From NCBI RefSeq assembly GCF_009914755.1, contig NC_060942.1: DNA of 64,000 nucleotides. One strand, given 5' to 3'. This document shows, in pieces, positions 14,300-25,575 of this stretch. The notes beneath the pieces are model-generated. The model was not told where the DNA came from and searched no databases. It saw only the letters and a list, made by a program, of their open reading frames with translations. Positions within the stretch are counted from its first letter, which is position 1. Each line of letters starts with the position of its first letter. The translations under genes were made by a program, and so were the position numbers. Source of the stretch: the human T2T-CHM13v2.0 reference genome, Homo sapiens.

Positions 14300-16130
14300 G
14301 CAGGTAATTAATTCACAGTGTGGCGGCGCCTTTTCAAGCCCCCTCTGCAAGCCGCGCCGGCCTCCTCCCTCTCGAGCGGGGTCAAACCACTTAGTTTATT
14401 TCACCCGCTGGCACTTTCTTCCCTGTCACGAATTCAGCCTGGCTTCCTTTGGCCTGAGACAGCGTCTTCAGGCGGGTCGGCTCGGACCTGCCCAGTGGGG
14501 CGCCCACCTGCACCCGCACCCGCACCCGCACCCGCGGGAAGGGGCGGCGCTGGCCGGACTCTCTCGGGTGGACTCCCGGAGCGGCGGCGGCGGCGGCGGT
14601 GGCAGACTGCGAGTCACGTGCGACAGAGGAGGCGGAGCACGGCGGCCGGGTGGGTGGAGAAAACAAAGCCCCCAGCTGTCAGCAGAGGAAGGAGGCGACA
14701 GCGCCGGAGCAGGTGAGTCAAGTGCATTTAAAGCGGTACCGCCCTGGCGCACCCCGACACCCCCTGCACTGAAGCAGTCCCTCCCAGGCCAGGGGCTGGC
14801 TGCGCCTCCTCCTGCCGCTGAGGTCTGCAGCCCGCGGGGCTCGGAGCAACCGGAACCGGGGGTCCAGAGTCTAGCAAGAAGTTGTGCAAGGGTCGGCTAG
14901 GCGGTCTCCGGGTGTGCACCCCGCCGCTCTCCCGCGGGCCACATCTCTGGTTCGGTGCCCCAGCTCTGTGCACCCCAGGAAAGTGGAGGGAGGGAGTTGG
15001 GGCTGCCACGCTGGCAGAAGCGAAGTGGACTGGTTCTGAGGGGTGAGGCTGGGGCTGTCCAGGGTAGGAACACGGCGTTGGTGAAGGAGGGGGGCTCGCG
15101 ACTGCGCGACCGCGGCGCACGACCCTCCAGGCTCTAGCTGGGGCGCCGGCACTGAGAGAGCTGGGGGCTCTGGCAGGGGCTGCGCGCTTGGGGGCAGATC
15201 AGGAAGTGCAGCGCGCTGGCGCTCGCGCGCTTGGGAGCATCCCCTGGACCCCGGGCACTTCCCCTTCGGCAGCCACCACTCTCCCACTCCGACGCCGGCC
15301 ACCATCCGCGCTCCCGGGACTCAGGAGCCGGGTGGGTGCAAAAGGAAGCGGGTTGTTATTCTGCGCCCAAGCATCTCTTCTGCAGGGAGCCCCGGGAGCG
15401 CAGGGCGAGGGCTACTCAGCGACTTCGCACTCGGCTTAGTGGGAAATTCTTCGGTCTACCCTTAGAAGGGCTATGCGGAAGCCAGAAATCCCACAAAGAG
15501 CCAGGAGAGGGGTGGACGCGGAAAGCGGTCCCCTCTGAACCTGGGGCGCTCGATAAAGCTGATTTTCAGACCCCAAAAGGGCTAGTGGGTTTGGTCACTC
15601 CTCCAGTGACTTCGTCAATACAGTGCCAAGGGCAGAGCCGTAACCTCGGAGAAGGGGCGCTGCAGCCATTTGATCAGGAGAAGCCTTTGTCTTAACCCCC
15701 AAGCCCCTCCTGCTAGTCCTCGCTGGGTCAGTAGCGCTGGGAGTAATTAATATTACGAACATTAGCCTTTCCTTCACCTCCGCACCAGCCAACACTGCTG
15801 TCCCCTCCCTGATTGTCTTCTCTATCACTTGTTCACATCTCCTTTTCCAAAAAAAGAAGAACAAAAGGAAAATAGTGTAGACCCGCTAGGCAGGAAGAGG
15901 TCACTAAAAATACTATCGTGCTGTCAATGTAGAATGAAGGGTTAAGCGCTCAAACCCGCGCCCGCGCGCACCGAAACGGAAGAACTTCCTTGATTAGCAT
16001 AGTATCGACCCTGGGGCCGCGCTGCGAGGCGGAGGTTCGGTCCCAGCTGGGGTGAAGTGTGCAGACCGGTTGCGATTGTGGTCAGACGCAGCACCTACTT
16101 CTAATCTGAGGACCCGCGATTTACACTTTT
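14300..16130. promoter_or_regulatory. CpG island / dual promoter of MAPRE2 exons 1a and 1b
   Basis: Sharp rise in GC and CpG density. Contains a GC box (GGGGCGG ~14541), GTCACGTG E-box at 14613-14620, CGGAAG ETS cores (~15978) and GCGC-rich tracts. Confidence 0.92.
14561..14712 (+). other. MAPRE2: MAPRE2 alternative first exon 1a (no ATG; start approximate)
   Basis: Lies in the CpG island and ends at a consensus donor CAG|GTGAGT (14713). Consistent with the recalled upstream-promoter MAPRE2 variant. The TSS cannot be fixed from sequence alone. Confidence 0.7.
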
Positions 16131-16150
16131 GCTGAATAGGACACTGTGGA

Positions 16151-16174
16151 ATGAAACAGAACAGAGATCAAAAG
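16151..16174 (+). CDS. MAPRE2: MAPRE2 (EB2) alternative first coding exon 1b, encodes MKQNRDQK
   Basis: ATG AAA CAG AAC AGA GAT CAA AAG followed by donor AAG|GTAATC (phase 0). G at -3 and an in-frame TGA at 16133-16135 upstream. Matches the recalled EB2 isoform N-terminus MKQNRDQKCPVSQRNSSFQQPGRKPGCSSWGMAV. Confidence 0.88.
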
Positions 16175-16446
16175 GTAATCTGAAGAATGGCAACATTTCC
16201 CCTGCTTCTCCTGAACGCTAAATTTGGCCAAATTTTTATCAAGCAAAAAGGGGTATGGCTCTTGGTTAGCCAGTGTCCCCTCTGGAAATGAAATGCTTCC
16301 TTACTTTGCTTTCGTTCTTTTCTGCCAAACTGATTAAAGACATCAGTTAGGGGTAAGATAAGAGGTCCGGGAGCTCACCGAGTGATTGGTAGATAAGCTT
16401 AACTGGTAAATTTTCCTTGCGTGGGTAGAGCTATGCTTCTTCAAAG

Positions 16447-16628
16447 CACTGGTTCTCAAATTTTGCTGCATAGTGGAATCATCTGGGGAGCTTTGAGAAC
16501 TCCTGATGTCCTGATCACATCCCAAACTATTTAAATCAGGTTGTTTGGGAGTGAGAAATAGGCACAGTATTTAAAAGCAAAAACAACTCCTGGTAACTTC
16601 ATTGTGCAGCCAAGTTGGGGAAACTCTA
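16447..16628. mobile_element. MER5-type DNA transposon
   Basis: cactggttctcaaattttgctgca...gaatcatctggggagcttt...cagccaagttg. Confidence 0.7.
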
Positions 16629-16894
16629 CAGCAAAGGAAGAGTTCAGCGGCCAGCAGCAGCAGGCATTGCAAGACAAGATGCCACTTTAACTACTTGGGT
16701 GGGTGAGAGAAAAGACGCTGAAACTGGAGTGCCGATGACTAACACCCTGGGGCGGGGAACTGTCATCTAGCAGCCTAGCTGGTGGTGACACCTACCACAA
16801 CATTTTTCCCTTCCCTGGCTAGGGTCTGATTGGAAAAATCGAAGCTTACTTCAATGCCTGGTTTCTGCACTGTTGTTAAGGGAGACGGATAGAA

Positions 16895-16980
16895 ACTTCC
16901 ATTCCTGTGATGACTCATGTGTAGCAGTCAGTAGGAAAACCCAGCAGAAACATACTCCAGCAGCCTGGTGAGTCAGCAGG
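16895..16980. promoter_or_regulatory. Candidate AP-1/TEAD/MARE enhancer cluster
   Basis: CATTCC at 16900-16905, TGACTCA at 16911-16917 and TGAGTCAGCA at 16969-16978, in unique sequence just downstream of the island. Confidence 0.5.
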
Positions 16981-17631
16981 CTGCACAGCGATCCCAGTGA
17001 ATAGGAAGTAATTACAGCGAGTAGTTTGTTGACACGCACAAACTGCACTCCTTTGAAAGCACATTTAATATCTGATCAGGATCTACTTGCTTGCAGGAGC
17101 CACTCCCTTTGTAGCACACCATTCTGCCTGTTTCATATAATGCTCTCTTCTGTTAGAAGGGGAAACACAAAGCTAACTAGACATCCTGTAACTTTCTTGG
17201 TGGGAAGCATGTAAAAAAAAAACTGTTGGGAAAGTGTAAACTGGTTTGGGTTATTTCAGTTATGTGAAGCAGAAAGGATGAATATGTAACACATAAATTT
17301 TGCATACAAAAAAGTCAAATACTACTTGATTATACATCCAGGAGTGAATTAAATGATCTATTTAAATAGAAATGGTTACACTTAACATTTTATATAAAAC
17401 CTCATGTTGGCTATTAACCAAAGGTTTCTTGCCTTTAAAACTGTCATCCCAAAAGGATTACTCCAGGATAACCTGTTATCTCTGGTTCTCTGTATCTTTA
17501 ACAGGTTATCTTAGAGTCATCAAAAAACAAACTTTCTTTTTCTTCTTTCAGTTTTAATACCTCTTCACTATTTTTAATATCACTATCACTCTCTGCACTG
17601 TTGTCTAAATGCTTTCTTCCCCTTCCTCAAT

Positions 17632-17956
17632 TTCTTTTCTTTTCTTTTTCTTTTTCTTTTTTTCTTTTTTTTTTTTTTTTTTTTTTTGAGACAGAGTCTC
17701 ACTCTGTTGCCCAGGCTGGCACGATTTCGGCTCACTGCAACCTCCGCCTCCAAGTTCAAGCGATTCTCCTGCCTCAGCCTCCTGAGTAGCTGGGATTACA
17801 GGCACACATCATCATGCCCAGCTAATTTTTGTATTTTTATAGAGATGGGGTTTCACCATGTTGGCCAGGCCGGTCTTGAACTCCTGACCTGAGGTGATCC
17901 ACCCGCCTCGGCCTCCCAAACTGCTGGGATTACAGGAGTGAGCCACCACACCAGCC
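17632..17956 (-). mobile_element. Alu (AluS) with long T-rich tail
   Basis: Antisense dimer with a small deletion in the right arm. TSD-like cctcaatttcttt on both flanks. Confidence 0.95.
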
Positions 17957-18759
17957 CTCAATTTCTTTAAGGAGGAAAAACAGTGTCTTGCACACAGCAA
18001 GCACTCAATATTTTTGGCCGTTGAACTTTATCTGAACCTCTCTTAGAGCATCTATTGTAGCCTGCTTGGTATTCTATTTTCTCATAGGGGCCTCAGTGTC
18101 TGTAGCCCCCAAAGCAGGGGCACAGACTCTGTTAGTTATTGATACTGCTTGTTCGTACTGAAGAGTATCAAAAGGTGGGGAGAACATTGAAAACCAAAGC
18201 ATCCTGAGTACATTCAGTTTGCTGTTTTCCAAGACAGACATTCCAGATATATAGAAGCCAAAGTCCTGTCACAATTCTTACTTGCTATGATAGCTTATTT
18301 GTTCACTTACATTTCATACCCAACAATTTAGCATTTTGAGCATAACTAATAATTGTTATCACATTTAACCACACTCTAATGGGCCAAAACAATCACTTCA
18401 CAAAATTTCACTCTCTACCCATTATTATGAAAAACCACATATGAATTTATTGAGCTAGGAGAAACATTGTAGAATAGATTAATAGTTAAATAGCTTTTAT
18501 TTTCACCTGTGTATTGCCCATTAAAATAGCATAAGTACATTTAAATAGCCACCATATTAAAAGTAAGAAGTTGGATGTATTTTGTGATAAGTACAACCAA
18601 AACTAAATGTTAATAAGAATTTCCAAAGACCAAAATGATATAAATGCATTCATTCTCACTTCTTTGTAGCTTAGAAAAAGAACTGGGGAGGCACTTCTGA
18701 AATGTTAACACCTTTTTGGGAGGCATAAGAGATAAAGTAGTTTAGAAAAATAGAATTAA

Positions 18760-19025
18760 CTTTGGGAGGCCGAGGCGGGTGAATCACCTGAGGTCAGGAG
18801 TTCAAGACCAGCCTGGCCAAACATGGTGAAATCCCGTCTCCACTAAAAATATGAAAATTAGCCAGCCAAGGTGGCACACACCTGTAGTCCCAGCTACTCG
18901 GGAGGCTGAGGTGAGAGGATCGCTTGAATCTGGGGAGGCAACAGAAGTTGCAGTGATCTAAGATTTCACCACTGCACTCCAGCCTGGGGGACAGAGAGGG
19001 AGATGCCATCTTAAAAAAAAAAAAA
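18760..19025 (+). mobile_element. Alu, 5'-truncated
   Basis: ctttgggaggccgagg... through poly-A. Confidence 0.92.
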
Positions 19026-19425
19026 GACTAATCGGATTACTCCATATTAATCAGAAACTATTTCTCAGAGTATGATATATACCTAGCTCTGTAATATTTA
19101 CAAGTAGCTAAAAGGGGTAGAGTAGAAGAAAGTGTGTCATCTCTATTTTATAAGCTCTAAAGTGTTTGAGAACAGACGAGAACCACCCAGTCTTATTACC
19201 TTAAATTTATATAGCCCTTTGGTCTTACTAACATATCAGGGCTTAATCATAATTGGGTAAATGGTATTCCCAGGTGCCAAATTACACAAGTGAATCCAAT
19301 AAGTTAGGTGATCCTGGCAATGCCAAGGCATTGACTCCTGGATTATTGACTCCTTTTCCAGTGTTTATTGCAACATACAGGTTTTCATGTAGTCTTGCCT
19401 GGAGGCTTTGGCTACACAAGACTAG

Positions 19426-19815
<390 letters not shown>

Positions 19816-20424
19816 AACTTTATTCTTAAATAATTAACCTTTGGAATTAACCAACCCCAAACATGTTGAGCCATCTTTAGCTTTTCATCTAGGTAACCAA
19901 AATAATAAGTTCTTCAAGTCTTTTTCCAAGTCATAGAAGCATAAACTTCACTACAGACCCTTAGAGATTAGTTCCACCACCCATAGAAATCTTAAATACC
20001 TAGTGCTTCTTCACTAAGGAGTCCTCCAACTTACACTTGACTGTCTCCCTCAAAGCACATTCCCATCTCTTCTTGCAGCATTCACCTATTGGAGGCCACG
20101 AAGAATAAATCCAACTCTACATAATTCACCCGCAACCATCTTAAACATTGAAAGAGAATTTATACTCTTTAATCTGAGATAAGAAAAAGTCTGGCTTTGG
20201 TATTTCAAATCTCTTAATTTCACAAAATTTTTGTTCCAAATTTGCAAGATTTGAGAAGTATCCAAAATTATATTTCTTAAACCAGAGCTTTATAGAATAG
20301 AATTAATTGGTAAATTTGCTTCCAATAAACCTAATCTAGTAATCTATCACTTCTAAAATCACTGGCAAACTTCATACAATTACATTAAGCTGTGTTGAGA
20401 TAAAACTCACGACTCCATCTGTTT

Positions 20425-20715
20425 CTAGAATCAGCAAACTATAACCCATTGCTTGTTTTGTATGACCTTGAAGCCAAGAGTGGTTTTTATATTTTTTTAG
20501 TCATGGAAAAATATCCAAAGAAGAAAATACTAGAGGACACTTGAAAATTACATGAAATTCAAATTTCTGTGTCCAAAATAAAGTTTTATTGGACTGCAGC
20601 CATACTTGTTTGTTTACATCTTGTCTATGGCTGTGGCAGCATGGAATTGTTGAACCAAAGACTGTATGCCCACAAAACCTAAAATATTTACAGCAAAACT
20701 ACTGCAGACCTCTGA
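20425..20715. mobile_element. MER58B-like hAT MITE
   Basis: tcagcaaacta...atgaaattcaaatttc...aataaagttttattgg...cctaaaatattta. Confidence 0.7.
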
Positions 20716-21206
20716 TTTACCCCAGTTTAACATACTTCAAATTTTAAATAAAAATTTGTTCACTTAAAGCCTTAGTCTTTTTTGTTTTTGTTTTTGTTTC
20801 CCTTAGAAAAGGTTAAGAAAAAATGTAGTTACCAACCATAGGTCAACTAATCACTAAAAATAAAAGATAGTTTATTTTCATATTCTTCTTGTGTATGTAC
20901 TTTGCGAAAAGCAGTATATTTCTAAATATATGAATTTTAGTGATACGGTCAACTGTAAAACTTCTGAATCCAAACAAGCCCAAATAGTGCAATACTAACT
21001 AGTAACCGTTTCCAGAGCTCTAGAAAATGTGAAAACATGTCCTTAAGAGCAATCCTAATGTGAACACTTGCCTTAACTCTTTAGTCAATGTTTTTTCAAC
21101 CTGTGAGGGCCTTCCTATGCTTATTTTAGTATATGAAGACATAATTTGGAAATTTATTCAGATTTAGAAACTTTTTATTCACTGTCACTTCCAACACTTA
21201 ACATGA

Positions 21207-21641
<435 letters not shown>

Positions 21642-22364
21642 TAAAAGGATATACACGGTTACTAACACTGCTAAAGCTGACATTATGCTGTGGACAATTT
21701 TGTTTAAAATTTCCAAATTCAAAAGTAGACCAGATTATAATCCAGAAATTCAAAATTCATCTTAAATTATTTCCAGTCTGCTCAAAGCTGGAAAGATTAC
21801 CATTAAGATTCTAGAAAGGATATTTGAAAATAATAACTACATTGATGGGAACTAGTCTCAATTTTTTATTGTAAGTGTTGCTTGTCATAAAACTTCCTTC
21901 AGCTAAAAGAACTTCTTCCTTTTGATGAATTGTTAATGCCACAGAATGGGAGTTTGCTATGAGTTTCATTTAGATAATAGAGCAACTTTAAGAGTTATAT
22001 ATAACTGGTGTTCTCTTCACCCCTTCCAGAATGAGCTGCAATTTATAGACTGAAAAGACAAAGGGATTCCTTTTTCACCAAATCAAAAAACACATTATAA
22101 TTAACGTAAGTTTTGAGGTACATAACATCAGCTAAATTATTTCTAAAAGCAAAAACTTGTAATTGTATTTAATCCCATCCTAACACCAGTGATAGTAATG
22201 GCATGTTAGGTCACTAACTTCCACGTTAACCCCTAGTGCTTCTGATGGGGGAAAGGAGGAAAGGGATGGCTGGAGATTGATGTATAACTCCCATGCTGAC
22301 TGGGTAAGGAACCAATCCAAGTAAAATTAACTGCCCTCCTTTATCATAATCTACATTCACATTT

Positions 22365-23405
22365 TAATAATATATTATTTAATATATTACATACTATATA
22401 TAATAATATATTAATATATAGTTATATATTATATAATTATATAATACTAAAAATATAAATATATAATATTTTATATGTTATATAACATATAAAATATATA
22501 ATATATTTTATGTTATATAATATATAATATATTTTATGTTATATAATATATAATATATTTTATGTTATATAATATATAAAATATATTATATATAAAATAT
22601 ATAATATATAAAATATATTATATATAAAATATATAATATATTTTATGTTATATAATATATAAAATATATAATATATAAAATATATTATATAATATATAAA
22701 ATAAAATATATTATAAAAATATATATTATATAATATATAAATATTATATACTATATTATATATAAATATATACAAATATATTTTATAATATATAAATATA
22801 TAAAAATAATATATAAATATAATATATAAAATATATATAATAAAAATAAAATATATAATATTATATATTATATAATATAAAATATATAATATAATATATT
22901 ATATAATATAATATATTATATATTATATTATATATTGTATATATTATATTATATATATAATATATATATAATATATTATATTATATATATAATATAATAT
23001 ATAATATATTATTTTATATATATATAATATATAATATATTATAAATATAATATGTAAACTATATTATATATTATATTTATATAACTATATTGTATATTAT
23101 ATAATATATAATATATATATTGTATATTATATAATATATAATATATATATTATATATTATAAATATAATATATAATATATATATTATATATTATAAATAT
23201 AATATATAAACTATAAACTATAATATATAACATATGATATATTATAATAATATATAACATATATATTATAATAATATATAACATATGATATATTATAATA
23301 ATATATAAATATATATTATATAATATGTGATATATAAATATATATCATATAATATGTAATATATAAATATATATTATATATGTAATATATAAAATATATT
23401 ACATA
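22365..23405. repeat. ~1 kb AT-rich (TA)n-like degenerate tandem array
   Basis: Almost entirely A/T, with internal units such as tataatatattttatgtta and tatattataataatatataaca. Confidence 0.97.
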
Positions 23406-24401
23406 TTTGTTTAATACCTTGTTGAAATAATCCTTAATAAGCTGTCTCTTTTAACCCCCTAGAAGAGAGGTAAAGTATCTTCCAGGTATGAAATATATAG
23501 CCTATTCTATACATGTAGCACTAATAGTTCTCTCCAAATTAATTTCTAAAATTAGAAAATAGTTAGGCTTACTATATTTTTACTAGAGCAGGGACTTCAT
23601 AATTATCAATTGCTTAAACAGAGGCAAAACATCCAAAAGTCTTCTGCTAACAGGCAAACCTTGGTCCCAACTTATTATAAACATCATGGCAGGAATGACT
23701 ATCGGTATTTGAAGTAGGTAGGAGGTAGGTAAATACACAAGAAAAGGTACCTAGAAATGAGTAGATTCCTTTGTTTTGCTGAAGTACCTGAAACTATTTA
23801 CTGCACATCATACATAAAAATGAAATGAGAGGATTAGCTTGCTCCTTTAAAAGCTGGTAAAGGCTTTCAAAAACTGGTAAGAGATGACAGGGCCTGAAAC
23901 CACCTTGAACGTTCCTTCCTTCTTTCAAAGATCATCTTAAATCTGATCAATTTAACAACATTTGATATGAAGAAGAAAAACCTTTCATGATTCTTACCAA
24001 GAAACTACTATCTTAGCTCTCCCACTGAGCAGCTTCAGCTCTCCATAAAGTGGAAAAAAAGAGAGACCTTACAAGAAAGACCTTGCTGGTTTTGCTCCAC
24101 CTGGTTCTTCCCGGGAAAGACGCTATTGATATAAGTAAGGCTCTTCGGTAGTTTCACTTCCAGCTTGCCCTCTATTGTGATTTTTTTAAAAGTGTGGTCT
24201 CCTGGGCACAGATCCCCTAAAAGGAGCTTCCACAAATTAGCAGCAGTAATAACCAAGTGTGTGATGTAGTATTGGCAAATCCAGAAGCAATTCCCTCTAC
24301 AGTTGAAATGTTTAGGCAACTCGGTCAGTGGGTCTGTTAATTCTCCATCCCAGCACCTGACCTTCAGCACTTCAAGATAAATTTGGAGGTATGCTTTTCT
24401 G

Positions 24402-24550
24402 TAGAGTTGCCAGGTAAAATGCAGGATAACCAGTTAAATTTGATTTTAGATAAGATTTGTTTTGGTGTATCTGAATTTGAATTAACTGAGCATTTCATTT
24501 TTCTGTTATTTGGTTTTTAATTTTTATTTTTGCTAAATTCAGCAATCCTA
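24402..24550. mobile_element. MER53 hAT MITE
   Basis: Terminal inverted repeats tagagttgccag...tcagcaatccta and a palindromic interior. Confidence 0.75.
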
Positions 24551-24929
24551 CTTTTATGATACAATAGATTTCAAAATGACTAGCTTTCCTGGTCTGTAAA
24601 AGATCTGAGGTTATATTTATGAGATAATGAATTAAAAATGTCTTAGCTGCCTTCACTTACTCAAGGAAAAAAAGCCATTAACTGAAGTTTTTTTGCACAA
24701 TTTACTAGATTGAGAGGAAATAAAAAGTAAAACAAGAACTAGAAAATTAGCAATGTTTTTAATTTTGTAAGATATTTTAAAGTACTTTCTATTCTTTCAC
24801 CAATTTTTTAATAGAATAAATACTTCAATAGGTATATTGTTAGTTCAAGTAGGGCTAACATGAGAAATCCATCAACGATGTCAACAGTATGTTCCTAATC
24901 AAAGTGAGATTCCAAGTGATTGCAATGAT

Positions 24930-25085
24930 GCCTTGCTACCTAGATGAGGCATCAGCATCACCTAGGAGTGTCTTAAAATGCAGAATTTGAGACTCCATTC
25001 CAGACTTCCCCAATCACAATCTTCACGTTAACAAATGAACACAGGTGAATCACATGCGTGTTGAAGTTTGAGAAGCCCTGAACTA
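24930..25085. mobile_element. MER5A
   Basis: gcatcagcatcaccta...aaatgcagaat...aagtttgagaagccctg. Confidence 0.65.
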
Positions 25086-25266
25086 GAGGATTCACTTTTT
25101 CCACACATTAAATTGGTATTTTTGTTTAATACCTTGTTGAATAATCCTTAATAAGCTGTCTCTTTTAACCCCCTAGAAGATAGATAAAATATCTTCCAGG
25201 TATGAAATCATTGTATTTCCATTTTATTCATATAAAATTCCTAAATGGCCATTTATAATATTATGA

Positions 25267-25575
<309 letters not shown>

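Noticed and set aside
13887-14900. 337-aa ORF and the other overlapping ORFs in the CpG island
   Set aside because: TTG start, low-complexity G/P/R/A composition, runs across the splice donor and has no recognisable domain. Stop-codon depletion in GC-rich DNA explains it.
22560-22775. I/Y/N-rich ORF
   Set aside because: Translation of the AT repeat.
24035-24370. 111-aa minus-strand ORF in unique sequence, and a TTCCCGGGAA STAT6-type palindrome at 24108-24117
   Set aside because: Non-ATG start, no recognisable homology or splice context. A single 10-mer is weak evidence.
24402-24550. Long imperfect hairpin as a possible miRNA/ncRNA
   Set aside because: Explained by the palindromic MER53 element.
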